A stretch of DNA of 64,000 nucleotides from Candidatus Bathyarchaeota archaeon. GTDB lineage: Archaea > Thermoproteota > Bathyarchaeia > Bathyarchaeales > Bathycorpusculaceae. The notes beneath the pieces were generated by a model. It was not told the DNA's origin and did no database searches. It worked only from the letters and a program-made list of their open reading frames with translations. The position numbers and the translations under genes are program-made. This document shows positions 22,257 through 32,478 of the stretch, in pieces; the stretch's first letter is position 1, and each line of letters starts with the position of its first letter. The stretch covers positions 96,001-160,000 of the forward strand of contig CAWFFH010000003.1 of assembly GCA_963815095.1 (NCBI GenBank), given 5' to 3'.

Positions 22257-22266
22257 AGGATCTTCG

Positions 22267-22917
22267 TTAACGAAGATAACGCAGAAACCAATCAGCTGAA
22301 TACTTTGCTACCTCTTCAAGCGTGCCAGGCTCCTCAAAAAGATGCGTAGCACCAGGAACAATGACCAGTTTCTTTTCATTAGTCATTTGATCCATGGCAA
22401 GTCGATTTAATTCAATAACTTCAGTGTCCAAACCGCCTACTAACAGTAGAGTTGGCGCTACAACTTTTGGAAGGTATTCTCCTGCAAGATCAGGACGCCC
22501 TCCACGCGAAACCACCGCCACAATCTCGTCTGGAAGTTTTGCAGCTGCAATCAAAGCCGCAGCCGCCCCTGTGCTTGCCCCAAAGTACCCAAAAGCTAAA
22601 CTTTTTGTCAGAAGATCATTTCTCAGCCACTCTGTTGCTCCGATAAGGCGTTTAGCTAGTAAGGTAATGTTGAACCTATATTCAGCAGTTACGATATCTT
22701 CTTCTTCCTCTTCGGGAGTAAGAAGATCAAAAAGTAAGGTTCCGATTTTGGCTTTGTTAAATTCTTTTGCAACATATTGGTTTCTTGGGCTAAACCTGCT
22801 GCTACCGCTGCCATGGGCAAATAAAACAACTCCTTTAGCACCAGATGGCAAAGTTAATGTGCCTTCCACTATTACGTTGCCGACTGGAATTTTCATTTCT
22901 GTTTGGTTATGAATCAT
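22267..22917 (-). CDS. Alpha/beta hydrolase (dienelactone hydrolase-like)
   Basis: HGSGSSR, GASTG, SRGGRPD, GATHLFEE. Confidence 0.9.
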   Translation of the reverse strand: MIHNQTEMKIPVGNVIVEGTLTLPSGAKGVVLFAHGSGSSRFSPRNQYVAKEFNKAKIGTLLFDLLTPEEEEEDIVTAEYRFNITLLAKRLIGATEWLRNDLLTKSLAFGYFGASTGAAAALIAAAKLPDEIVAVVSRGGRPDLAGEYLPKVVAPTLLLVGGLDTEVIELNRLAMDQMTNEKKLVIVPGATHLFEEPGTLEEVAKYSADWFLRYLR

Positions 22918-23585
22918 ACCACTACCGTCCTTGTTGACTTGCGCGCTGTTTGTTTACTTTCGTGTAGCAGTTTTATTACTTCTTCATCTTCAGTTTGGGA
23001 AAAATTAGAGTAGAATTCGCCTATAGCTTGGAAATATTCAGGAGTGTACAGACACACCACGCGGTCAGCTATTTCATTTAACTCTTCAATGGTTGATGGT
23101 GGACCAACTGGAATCGCAACTGTCACGCTGACGGCGCCCCTATTTTTCACTGAAGCCAATGCAGCTTTCATGGTTGACCCAGTTGCTATCCCATCATCCA
23201 CAACGATAACGTCAAGCCCTTTCAAGTTGGGGTAAGATGTATCATGTCTGTACAATTTTAGCCTGCGCTCAATTTCCCTTTTTTGTCGTGCAGTCTCTTC
23301 CTTGATATATTCTTTGCTGACGCCCAAGTAAGCGATTAAGCGATTATCAAGAATAGCTGTTCCATCTTCGGCAACGGCACCTATAGCCAACTCTGGGTTA
23401 TCAGGGGCTCCAATCTTTCGGGGAATTATTACATCGAGCGGCAGGTTGAGCACTTTAGCAATCTCGTAGCCTACAACTACGCCGCCTCTCGGAATCGCCA
23501 AAACAATCCCTTTTTTGCCGGAAAAATTCTTCAAAGAAGAAGCTAAACGCTTGCCAGCGTCAACGCGGTCAGTAAAAAAAGCCAT
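22914..23585 (-). CDS. Phosphoribosyltransferase family protein
   Basis: PRGG, RKIGAP, VVDDGIATGST PRPP-binding motif. Confidence 0.92.
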   Translation of the reverse strand: MAFFTDRVDAGKRLASSLKNFSGKKGIVLAIPRGGVVVGYEIAKVLNLPLDVIIPRKIGAPDNPELAIGAVAEDGTAILDNRLIAYLGVSKEYIKEETARQKREIERRLKLYRHDTSYPNLKGLDVIVVDDGIATGSTMKAALASVKNRGAVSVTVAIPVGPPSTIEELNEIADRVVCLYTPEYFQAIGEFYSNFSQTEDEEVIKLLHESKQTARKSTRTVVV

Positions 23586-23860
23586 TAAAATTCCTCAATA
23601 CCCTTATAAAATAAATAGTGAAAGGAAATATAAAAAGTGGATACCAACAATTTTTCTTTGCAAAAAGAGGTTCACATCGCTCTCAACAAGTACAAGCACG
23701 AGAGATTGAGTATTTTTCTTTCAAAAAAATTTAGCATACATGTAAAAAAAAGTGAGTTTCCAAAATTCTAAATTAAATAATTCTGTCTAATTTTGCATGC
23801 TTGAAAGGACAAAAGATAAGAGAATTCAAGCGTTCTACAAGTGTGGCACAGTGGCAACTA

Positions 23861-24790
23861 ATGGAAGTCGTAAATGTCCGTTTACCCGACAAATTAACCG
23901 CAGACATAGACAAACTAGCAAAAAAACATAACCTCACCCGATCAGAAGTCATGCGTCAAGCATTAACCATCTATCTGCACCTTACAGAAAACGTTGGCAC
24001 CATGCTAAGACCAATAGTTTTTCAAGTAAAACCAGCACAAATAACCTACACTCGCAGAGGCGATGTCTCCATCCTAAAAGTTCCCACAGGACACGCCATA
24101 GTGGTAGGCTCAACCTCAAGTGGCGCTGTTGGCCCCAAAAAAATGGACAAGGTTCAAGTGGAGGGGCAGGTGCTGGGAAAGTTTTTGGCAAGAGTTGCCT
24201 TAATGGATGTGATCGCAACGGGCGCGTTTCCACTTCTTTTGTCTGTAACGTTAGGCGTAGAAAAAGAACCCAGTGGCAACTCGATAATTGAGGGAATTCG
24301 ACGTGAAGCTAGAAGCATAGGTCTTGACGCAAATCAAGCTCTTATGGAGAACACTGAAGACAATTTTGAAACAGTACAAACCGGCGTTGGATTAACCGTA
24401 GTTGGTTTTGCAAATGATGAAGAGCTCAGGCTTGGAAAAACCATGCCGGGCGACTTAATAGTAGCAATTGGCAAACCCAAAGTTGGAGACGAAGTACTAG
24501 TCGCAGAAACACGCGGAGAAATTGCGGACCTCAAAAACGTCACACAACTATCCCAGAGAAAATATGTACACGATATTGCACCAGTTGGGGGGTTTGGGAT
24601 TGCAAGTGAAGCAAGAATGATGGCGTATGGCGTTGGGAGACAACTAAAACTCTACGAGGTGCAAGGGTTGGATTTGAGTAAGTCAGCGGGTCCAGCAACA
24701 GTTGTTCTTGCAACAATTGACAAAGAGAAGCTTGAAGATTTAACTTCGTTAATTCCTAAACCAATTAATGTTGTTGGAGAAATAATCTAA
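23861..24790 (+). CDS. CopG/RHH DNA-binding domain fused to a PurM-like (alpha-ribazole kinase CblS-like) domain
   Basis: N-term VNVRLPDKL..IDKLAKKHNLTRSEVMRQAL (RHH); C-term GKFLARVALMDV, TEDNF, GLTVVG, KSAGPAT. Confidence 0.7.
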   Translation: MEVVNVRLPDKLTADIDKLAKKHNLTRSEVMRQALTIYLHLTENVGTMLRPIVFQVKPAQITYTRRGDVSILKVPTGHAIVVGSTSSGAVGPKKMDKVQVEGQVLGKFLARVALMDVIATGAFPLLLSVTLGVEKEPSGNSIIEGIRREARSIGLDANQALMENTEDNFETVQTGVGLTVVGFANDEELRLGKTMPGDLIVAIGKPKVGDEVLVAETRGEIADLKNVTQLSQRKYVHDIAPVGGFGIASEARMMAYGVGRQLKLYEVQGLDLSKSAGPATVVLATIDKEKLEDLTSLIPKPINVVGEII

Positions 24791-24798
24791 ACAAAAAT

Positions 24799-25281
24799 TT
24801 ATTTTTGAATGCTCTTTAGCATGTGCCCGTTACGGTCGATTTCTCCACTGCGAATCCGAGTGGTCGAGATAGGAGTTTTATTTTCTGCCTCTACCATGTC
24901 CACTGCGACAATTTCGAGCGGTGGCAACCCAGCTTTTCCGCGTGTTGAATTAATAGCGCCTGCCGTTCGGGCAGTTTCTTTGCTCACCACTAACGCCTCT
25001 AACCCTCTGCCCTTAATTGTCAAGCCATACGAGTCCGTTAACGGCACAATTTCAGCTCTATCGGCTAAACCCATTTCTGTCAAATAAGTGGCTAATTCAT
25101 CTCGGCGTTCAGCGTAAGACGCAGTTATGTGAGGTTTGCCCATTTTCTTGACGAACTCATCAGAAGATAAGCCTATGACAACTTTGTCTCCGACTTCAAA
25201 AGCTCTGCTGAGTAACGCTTTGTGGCCTCTATGGAGTTCATCAAAAGTTCCTCCGACTGCAACTTTCTTGTATTTTTTCAT
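24799..25281 (-). CDS. coaD: Phosphopantetheine adenylyltransferase (archaeal/eukaryotic type)
   Basis: GGTFDELHRGH, LVVSKET, ISTTRIR. Confidence 0.92.
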   Translation of the reverse strand: MKKYKKVAVGGTFDELHRGHKALLSRAFEVGDKVVIGLSSDEFVKKMGKPHITASYAERRDELATYLTEMGLADRAEIVPLTDSYGLTIKGRGLEALVVSKETARTAGAINSTRGKAGLPPLEIVAVDMVEAENKTPISTTRIRSGEIDRNGHMLKSIQK

Positions 25282-26214
25282 TTTACCAGCCTAACGCCCT
25301 GAAAATCAATCTTGCTAACTATCACTTGTTTTGAGGGCAAGGTTTGCTTAAAAGCTTCTGCTACCGAGTAAGCGTTATTTTCATGTACGACAGCGTGAAC
25401 TGCTTCCCCAATCATGTTTTGGGCTGCACCGACCGCACCAGCCTTCTTCGCCACCGCCACCAGATCCCTTATGTTTTGGGTTGCGAACCCTGCTTTCTGC
25501 GAGAAGTCCCAGCAGCAATCAAGAAAATTCTCCAAGCTCGGCTCCGCGAGGATAGCGTCTAAGGCTTTTTTGCCGTAGCGATTTATTTCCTGCTTTTTCT
25601 TTACTGAGGAAAGGACTGATTTTTTGCGGATGTTAGTTTTAAGAAAGCCCGCGACAACCATATAATCTGGCGTAATGGGTATGCGGTCGATTTGGCAGAT
25701 GCCTGGAGCGCCAGGTTCCACAACGAGAACGCAACCACCACTAAAAGTCAAAGAACTTACCGTGCCCAAACCTGTTAGGCATTGAATCTCGGCAACATGC
25801 GCTATTTTGCCAATCTGATTATACGTTAAGGGCAACCCTAAAGCTTCTCTAAGCGCCAATCCTGCGGTTAACGCTCCTCCTGCACTGGTGCCAAACCCGG
25901 TGCCAATCGGGACTTCAATTTGATGTTCGACTGTGATAGCATAGTTTGCGTTTGTTTTGGTCAGAAGGGTCGCTATTACTTGCCTTGTGGTTTTTGCTTC
26001 GGTGACGGGTTTAGAATTAATGAAAATGTTAATGCTGTTTGTCTGTGCTTCTTCAGCGGTCGCTGTTGTTGTGACGCCTCTTTTCTAGCCCAAAACCTCC
26101 ACCTATAGCACCAACTTTCTCCAAATCAGTAATCGGTTTGCCGTCTTCGGTGTCGTGGATTTCAAAAAAGCTAGAGATTGCCGCTGGAGCGAAAGCTTTG
26201 GCGGTTTTTTTCAC
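25278..26214 (-). CDS. Pantoate kinase (GHMP family), apparent +1 frameshift at ~26082
   Basis: GTG 26214 gives KTAKAFAPAAISSFFEI..GAIGGGFGL; one extra base in GAAAAG, then the frame continues to PIGTGFGTSAGG, TGLGTV, QNMIGE. Confidence 0.82.
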
Positions 26215-26942
26215 TGAGTTTCACTTTGGTTCTTTTTAGCTAATGTTGGAAACGCTTTGTTGGCTGCTGCAATGATTGGTGGTCCAAGGATTAGTATAAA
26301 CGGGATTTCGGTGAAGAAGGTAAAGAAAAAAGTTATCAGCGCTATAGGGGCAGTAAACGGTGTGGCAGCTTTGGTAAAGTATTGAATGAAAAGTGGTACA
26401 GTTACCCCTATTATGGCTGAGCCAAGCAACATACCAATTATTGAACCAACTTCAAAGCTGCGCCATCTCGAGTTTCTTAAAATCACTACTGGAACTAAAA
26501 ATATTACATAACTTGCTGCAACAACACTCATGAAAGCGATTTTAGTCCAGAAATCCAAACCAGTATAGGCGTAACCAATCCACATGAATAATGCCGTAGC
26601 TATGCCATAAGCTACAACAGGTGCTGCCCACCGAATTTTCTTCTTGGCTATGTACCCGATTAAGAAGAAAGCGACAAAGTTGCTAGTTACCCCTGCCAAC
26701 AGACTTAGCAACAGGTTGTTTCCAAAGATGGCATCACTTATGAAGATACCGACTGCTGCGCCGATTCCTCCAACAAGTGGACCAAACACAACGGCGAAGA
26801 CTGCGGGGACAATGACTGGAGGCCAGAATCTAACTCCGCCATACGATATTGGGATTAAGCTGTAGAAAATGTAGCCGACTGCTACATACAATGCTATGTT
26901 TAACGCTAAACCGGCAACATCGATTGATCTAAGTTTCAGCAT
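26211..26942 (-). CDS. ECF transporter S component, probably for a CoA precursor
   Basis: GVRFWP.V..PA.FA..FGP..GG.GAA.GIFISD motif; overlaps the pantoate kinase start. Confidence 0.8.
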   Translation of the reverse strand: MLKLRSIDVAGLALNIALYVAVGYIFYSLIPISYGGVRFWPPVIVPAVFAVVFGPLVGGIGAAVGIFISDAIFGNNLLLSLLAGVTSNFVAFFLIGYIAKKKIRWAAPVVAYGIATALFMWIGYAYTGLDFWTKIAFMSVVAASYVIFLVPVVILRNSRWRSFEVGSIIGMLLGSAIIGVTVPLFIQYFTKAATPFTAPIALITFFFTFFTEIPFILILGPPIIAAANKAFPTLAKKNQSETQ

Positions 26943-27014
26943 CTTAACTTTTGCTTCCTTGTTGTTTAATTGTTAACGCCGTTGAGAGTTGGCGTTTATA
27001 GATAAAACTTCCCT

Positions 27015-27046
27015 TTGAATTGTTTAAACATGTTTAAACAAATCAA
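27015..27046. promoter_or_regulatory. Palindromic candidate operator upstream of the ECF-kinase-coaD operon
   Basis: TTGAAT-TGTTTAAACA-TGTTTAAACA-AATCAA; perfect core containing two tandem self-complementary 10-mers. Confidence 0.55.
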
Positions 27047-27136
27047 CATAATCTTACCTCAACAGACTTTACAACCCTAAAACTACTGTAACCCTGAAAA
27101 ATCTACGACTAATATAGGGAAATAAAGAAAAGGACT

Positions 27137-27481
27137 CTATTTTTTGTGTCTTTTGATTCTGTCTTGCCGTTGAGTTTTTTTGCGCCAGTCTTTCTTTCGT
27201 TGAGTCTGCATTGAGAATCTTTCTTGGCGGGGAACATCTAACTTTCTGAAACGAGAGACATTTCCATAAAAGGTTTCAGCTGATATTTTGTTCTCTTTCA
27301 AATCTTGAAGATTCTGGTTTAATTCCTCTTTAGATTCAGCATCGCTTGTCTTGTCGAATGCTTCTTCATAAACAAGGTACGCGGCATGGAACTGAAAGTT
27401 CGAGAGGTCATCAATTAAAAGTTTCTCAGTTTGAGGGGGAGATTCATTATTGTTGTTTTGCTCATTGGGTTGTTGAGTCAT
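27137..27481 (-). CDS. Hypothetical protein with basic C-terminus
   Basis: 114-aa ORF with plausible start; no family recognised. Confidence 0.7.
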   Translation of the reverse strand: MTQQPNEQNNNNESPPQTEKLLIDDLSNFQFHAAYLVYEEAFDKTSDAESKEELNQNLQDLKENKISAETFYGNVSRFRKLDVPRQERFSMQTQRKKDWRKKTQRQDRIKRHKK

Positions 27482-27641
27482 GTATTATCCAGCTTTTTGA
27501 ATAGTGCAATGATTGTTTTTCACCCTTTTATAGGTGTGCCTAATTTTCTGGCAAAAGAACCCGTCTTACTGTAGCCTCTCAGAGAGCTACCCTCGCCCAT
27601 ATATGAATTCAAGCGCTTGTTGAACATAGTTTACTTTAAGC

Positions 27642-28100
27642 TTAATTGATTTGTTCTTGATTCTGTAACCCAATTTGATTCCTAATTTTTTGGGCATCTT
27701 GTTCCAATGCTTCTGAATCACGCGGATTTGTGAGGTCTCGATAAGCCTTGCCATGACTGAAACCTTCGTGGGGCTTCATTGGGATAACATGTACATGTAA
27801 ATGAAAGATCACTTGCCCAGCTGCCCAACCATTATTTTGAACAATCCGAATGCCTTCTACCTCCATGGCATCCCTTACCGCATGAGCAACTCTTTTAGCA
27901 ACTCTAAAGAGGTAAGCTGCTTCTTCCTCAGAAATTTCATAGATGTTTTTGTAATGTTTTTTGGGAACTACCAATGTATGCCCTTCGTTTACTGGGCGGT
28001 TACTCAAAAAAGCAATAATCTGATCATCCTCGTAGACTACGCTTGCAAGGGCTTCTTTGCGGATTATCTGGCAGAATATACAATCAGACATGGTGGTCAT
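27642..28100 (-). CDS. HIT family hydrolase
   Basis: CIFC, GHTLVVPK, GQVIFHLHVHVIP. Confidence 0.93.
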   Translation of the reverse strand: MTTMSDCIFCQIIRKEALASVVYEDDQIIAFLSNRPVNEGHTLVVPKKHYKNIYEISEEEAAYLFRVAKRVAHAVRDAMEVEGIRIVQNNGWAAGQVIFHLHVHVIPMKPHEGFSHGKAYRDLTNPRDSEALEQDAQKIRNQIGLQNQEQIN

Positions 28101-28163
28101 ATCTTTCAGCTGTTTGTTGGTAGCATATAGCTTTAATAGAATTTCGTCAGTCAATAATACTTT

Positions 28164-29195
28164 ATGGAAACTTTAGTTGACGATATTGGCAGTTTTCCGT
28201 TACCAACAGGAATCAAAAGAGAAACCTTTAGCAAGTCCTATGAACTTGCAAGAGAAGCAATCCTCGAAGGCAAGGACATAACCAAAGACGATTTTTTGCA
28301 AGAAAATTTCTGCAAAGTTGTGGTTAACTCCTTTAGGAAAAAATTGTCTACAGGCTTAGACGTTATAAATTTCCCTCAACATTATAGTGGAATCAAACAA
28401 GTTGGTGACGCAGTTCATGAAGCTATGGCGAAAGGCTCCTTTGTTGTCGACAAAGAAAAAGCATTCCTCCCCGAAATCTACGTGCTCAACCAAGAAGCCA
28501 AGCATCTGAGCGAAGAATTTGGCAAGAAAATCCAGTTGCGCGTTTCAATTTTTGGCCCCATCGAACAATATTTGGCTGAAGTCGGAACAACAGCGTTTCC
28601 AGACGTATTAGACGGGTTTGCCCAAACGATAAATCGGTTTGCCAAAAACTCTATTTTAAACAACAAATACATTGAAACCAAAGTAATTTCCATCGATGAA
28701 CCGAGCCTAGGCCACACCAACCTCTCAGCTACCCCAGATTTAATTCGTGAAACGCTCGAGAAAGCATACGACTTTCAAGGACCAATAAAACAGATTCACC
28801 TACACTTCGCCTCAGGAATACATGATTTACTCGCCGTGAAAGGTCTTGATGTTTTGTCGTTTGAGTACGCGGGGTCTCCAAAAAATATCGATGCAATCCC
28901 AAAAAGTATACTTGAAAAAGCTAACAAGCAAATTCGAGTGGGCATCTCAAGAACAGACATCGACTCTATTTGGGCGGAACTCTACGAGAAAGGCATAACC
29001 AAACCATCCAATGAACATTTAGTTGAGACGATAGAAGCGATAACAAAACGATACCGTATTGCCAAAGAGAAGTATGGAGATCGGATGACTTTTACTGGTC
29101 CTGACTGTGGACTTGGCGGTTGGCCCAATCAAGAATCAGCCGCATTGCTGCTGGAGCGCTCAGTGAAAGCTGTAAAATCAAACCTTCAATTTTAA
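28164..29195 (+). CDS. Methionine synthase catalytic-domain protein (MetE C-terminal/UROD superfamily)
   Basis: DDIGSFP, SIDEPS, QIHLH, GPDCGL. Confidence 0.75.
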   Translation: METLVDDIGSFPLPTGIKRETFSKSYELAREAILEGKDITKDDFLQENFCKVVVNSFRKKLSTGLDVINFPQHYSGIKQVGDAVHEAMAKGSFVVDKEKAFLPEIYVLNQEAKHLSEEFGKKIQLRVSIFGPIEQYLAEVGTTAFPDVLDGFAQTINRFAKNSILNNKYIETKVISIDEPSLGHTNLSATPDLIRETLEKAYDFQGPIKQIHLHFASGIHDLLAVKGLDVLSFEYAGSPKNIDAIPKSILEKANKQIRVGISRTDIDSIWAELYEKGITKPSNEHLVETIEAITKRYRIAKEKYGDRMTFTGPDCGLGGWPNQESAALLLERSVKAVKSNLQF

Positions 29196-29238
29196 TTTCT
29201 TTTTAGCCACAAACAAAAAGGAAAGAAGAAAAAATCTT

Positions 29239-30109
29239 CTATTCTGGAGTTTCTTCGGATGGTGAAGGCGGCATGGGTTCTTGTCGAGGCATCGGTTTTT
29301 TCTTTGCCTAGAGCCTGTTGCGCTTGAGTTAGGTCTTTGAAGCCGTAGGTTCCAATTGGAGGCCAACCTGCTTCAGGCATAGATGCTGGAATAAGCATTA
29401 TGGTGTTTGTTTGTGATTGTTGACCTAACTCGTAGAGTATGTTCATCCACCTAAGTCTTAGACCTTCTGGGCTTGATTCATATGCTTTTGCTGCTTCAAT
29501 CATTTTTGTCGATGCTTCAAACTCGGCGGTGGCTAATGTTACCCTTGCTATGCGTTCCCGTTCAGCCTGTGCTTGGCGGCTCATAGCGTCTTGCAGGTTG
29601 GCTGGAATAATTACGTCTCGGACTTCGACAGAGGTGACTTTTATTCCCCATGACTCCGTTTTTTCGTCGATAATTTCTCGTAGACGAGCTCCGACTTTCT
29701 CGCGTTCTGCGAGCAACTCGTTTAAGCTAACTTTGCCGATGACTTCCCTGAGGGTTGTTTGCGATGCCAATTGTGTAGCTTGGTAATAATTTTCTACTGC
29801 CAGTACTGCCTTCTCCAAATCTACCGGTTTCATGTATAACACTGAGTCAACATTTACGGGAACATTATCTTTGGTTAAGGTGGATTCTGTTCGAAATTGT
29901 ATGGTGTCTAGTCTGGTGGAGATTTTTAAGGGCGCTCTATCAATTAATGGAACTAGATAGATTATTCCTGGACCCTTCAAACCTACGTAGCGTCCAAGCC
30001 TTAAAACGGGCATTCGTTCCCATTCTTTAAGCACTCGAATGCCGCTTAACAGGAAAAGTGCAACAACTATAGCTATAAAACCAATAATAGGAGTTAAAAC
30101 ATCAACCAA
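29239..30109 (-). CDS. SPFH/stomatin (slipin) protein; probable frameshift at 29296-29301
   Basis: TKDNV, QTTLR, QAQAERE motifs; removing one base from the A6 run gives ..GKEKPMPRQEPMPPSPSEETPE with TAG at 29239-29241. Confidence 0.9.
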
Positions 30110-30148
30110 TCTTTATTCCTCGACTAGTGGTATGTTATGATTGGGGAA

Positions 30149-30544
30149 TTAAGCTTTATGCTCGGTCGGTTTCACCAAAAGAAACATACCATCCATGCCT
30201 ACAACTTCGACGTCTTGACCACTGGCTATTTCGCCCTCTTTGGTTGTGGCTTCCCAAAACTCCCCCATCACGCGGATTTCACCTTTGGGCTTAAGATCTG
30301 TTGTTGCTACGCCTTTGGCACCGATTAATGCTTCTTTACCTGTTTTTACCCTCCTAAACTGAGCTTTAACTCCAACGTAGAAAATGACTGCAACAATCAA
30401 GGCAACAATTATGAGAGTTATTCCAAGAGTCACTTCAACCGAAACAGCTAACCCATAATAGGTTGTACCAGAAATTCCAGCGTAAAATAGAAACGCCGCT
30501 ATGGTTGCTAAGATGCCTGTGATGAAAGCCAATCCAGCGTGCAT
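30149..30544 (-). CDS. NfeD-like membrane protein with C-terminal OB fold
   Basis: 2 TM helices then TGKEALIG..DLKPKGEIRVMGEFWEA; upstream of the SPFH gene. Confidence 0.88.
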   Translation of the reverse strand: MHAGLAFITGILATIAAFLFYAGISGTTYYGLAVSVEVTLGITLIIVALIVAVIFYVGVKAQFRRVKTGKEALIGAKGVATTDLKPKGEIRVMGEFWEATTKEGEIASGQDVEVVGMDGMFLLVKPTEHKA

Positions 30545-30695
30545 GTAAATTCCTTAAACTGTGATAGGTTGAATGTGCTTATAAGGTATTTCAGATAGCA
30601 ACCATCCAAGTTTTAAAAACCAATTTGCAGTTAGAAATGATAAAGAACACAAAATTTGGTTTAAGGTATATTAAAAAAAGAAGAAATTGTTTGTT

Positions 30696-30833
30696 TTAGT
30701 TCCAGCGCTCGTTTATGAATAATCGGAGCGATGGGTCTTCTCTTGGGACGATACTAAGTTGGAGCATTGGGGATGGTCGTCTGCGTAGTGGCGGCGCTGG
30801 CATGGGTGATGGTGGATCGATTTCTAATGGCAT
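30696..30833 (-). CDS. Small Pro-rich protein (45 aa, absent from ORF track)
   Basis: ATG 8 nt after the htrA stop; MPLEIDPPSPMPAPPLRRRPSPMLQLSIVPREDPSLRLFINERWN, followed by a T-rich tract. Confidence 0.55.
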   Translation of the reverse strand: MPLEIDPPSPMPAPPLRRRPSPMLQLSIVPREDPSLRLFINERWN

Positions 30834-30841
30834 TTTGTTTA

Positions 30842-31774
30842 TCAGTCTTCTTCGCCTCCATGAACGGTTGGGACAATGCTTGTTTCGATTAGGCTCTCTC
30901 TGCGTATGATTGTTAAGGTGGTTTCCTTGTTAATGACATCTTCAGCGAGCAGTCTTGGGAGGTCGTAGAATTCGGTGACGGGTTTGCCGTTGAATTTGAC
31001 AAGTACGTCGCCCATAGCTAATCCTGCTTTGCGTGCGGGTGAGCCAGCTTCGACACTGAAAATCATAACGCCTGTTTCTTGTTCTAGGCCTGCTTGTTCA
31101 GCGATTTCTTCGGGGATTGCGACTGTGTTTGCGACTATGCCGAGGTATCCTCTTTGTGCGACTTTGCCTGTCATTAGGCGATCAGTGATAGCTTTTATTT
31201 TGTTTACTGGAATTGCGATGCCTCTTTGCCATACGTAAGCGGTGTTTATTCCGATTAGTCTGCCTTGGATGTCTATGAGTGGTCCTCCGCTGAAGCCGGG
31301 GTTTAGTTGGGCGTCGGTGGCGATGACGTTTTCCATTGCAGTTGATCCTCGCCAACCGCGGATGCTGCTGTTTACGCTGGTTACCATGCCGCTGGTTGCA
31401 GTGGGTTGATTTCGGTTGAATGGATTAGCCAGAGCCAGAACATATTGACCTACATTGAGTTTTTCTGAATCGGCTAGCTCTATTGGTGTAAATTCGCCTT
31501 TCTCGGCTTTGAGTACGGCTACGTCGTTGTATGGGTCGGTGCCCACTATTGTTGCGTTGAAGGTTTTTTCTCCTTGCCCAATTTTGATTGCATTGCACCC
31601 TTGAAGGACGTGGTTACAAGTAACTATGAAGCCGTCTTTGGTTAAGACAACGCCTGTGCCCCTTGACATTTGCGCTTTTACGCTAACAACTGACTCGGAA
31701 GTTATTTTGATGAGTGTGCTTGTTGCTTCTGAGAGCGATTTTAAGACTTCTAATGGGTTAACTAATTGAGTCAT
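30842..31774 (-). CDS. HtrA/DegP-family serine protease with one PDZ domain
   Basis: TCNHV, DVAVL, NPGFSGGPL, GINT; PDZ GYLGI..SPA..AGL..GD. Confidence 0.92.
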   Translation of the reverse strand: MTQLVNPLEVLKSLSEATSTLIKITSESVVSVKAQMSRGTGVVLTKDGFIVTCNHVLQGCNAIKIGQGEKTFNATIVGTDPYNDVAVLKAEKGEFTPIELADSEKLNVGQYVLALANPFNRNQPTATSGMVTSVNSSIRGWRGSTAMENVIATDAQLNPGFSGGPLIDIQGRLIGINTAYVWQRGIAIPVNKIKAITDRLMTGKVAQRGYLGIVANTVAIPEEIAEQAGLEQETGVMIFSVEAGSPARKAGLAMGDVLVKFNGKPVTEFYDLPRLLAEDVINKETTLTIIRRESLIETSIVPTVHGGEED

Positions 31775-31845
31775 ATTTTTCCCAGAAGTACTAATAGCCA
31801 AAAAGGTATTTGTTGACTAAGGAATAGGCAAAGTTAGTCACAAAG

Positions 31846-32478
31846 TTATGAGGGCATCATTGAGTCGCCATAGTAACCAACGTTTCTCGTCATAACTTGT
31901 CTTCTGGATTGTGAAGTTATGCAGAGTTTGCCGATATGCGACATTAGCTGGTAGGAAGCTTTCAATGCCAAGTTTAGGTTGTTGTTGGTTAAGAATTTGG
32001 CTTCGATGTTTAGGGCGGTTCCTTGGATGTTGGCGGCTATTTGGATTGCGCCGTCTTCTGTTATCCATTTTAGGGTTATGCCTTGGTTGTTTTCTGATAT
32101 GCCTAGCCAGCGGAGCATGCCGAACCATTTGCCTTTAAGCAACAAAATCAGCTGTTGCGTCATCAGGTCTGAGGGTAGGAATGTCTGAATAAGGGTTGTC
32201 GTGGGAGTTTCTTTGTGTGGTTGGTGGAGTTTTAGCTCGGTTATTTTCGGGGTTACTTGGTAGCCTTCATGTACTTTCTTCACGATTCCTTCTTGTTCTA
32301 GTCGGTTTAGGATGCGTGAGAGGGTTTCTGAGTGCAATCCTGTTCTTCTTTTGAGCCCATCGAATGTGAAGGTGGCTAATTCCTCGGTTTCTATTAGCGC
32401 CAACACGTCAGCGTCGCGTCCGCTAAGACTGTAGTCGGCGTCGGGGCTTTGCCAATTAACATTCAGAACAGGTATCAT
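31846..32478 (-). CDS. Winged-helix domain protein, putative regulator
   Basis: FTFDGLKRRTGLHSETLSRILNRLEQEGIV. Confidence 0.72.
   Translation of the reverse strand: MIPVLNVNWQSPDADYSLSGRDADVLALIETEELATFTFDGLKRRTGLHSETLSRILNRLEQEGIVKKVHEGYQVTPKITELKLHQPHKETPTTTLIQTFLPSDLMTQQLILLLKGKWFGMLRWLGISENNQGITLKWITEDGAIQIAANIQGTALNIEAKFLTNNNLNLALKASYQLMSHIGKLCITSQSRRQVMTRNVGYYGDSMMPS

Noticed and set aside
25278-26214. Pantoate kinase as a true pseudogene
   Set aside because: Only one homopolymer indel, with intact motifs and operon overlaps; a sequencing error is more likely
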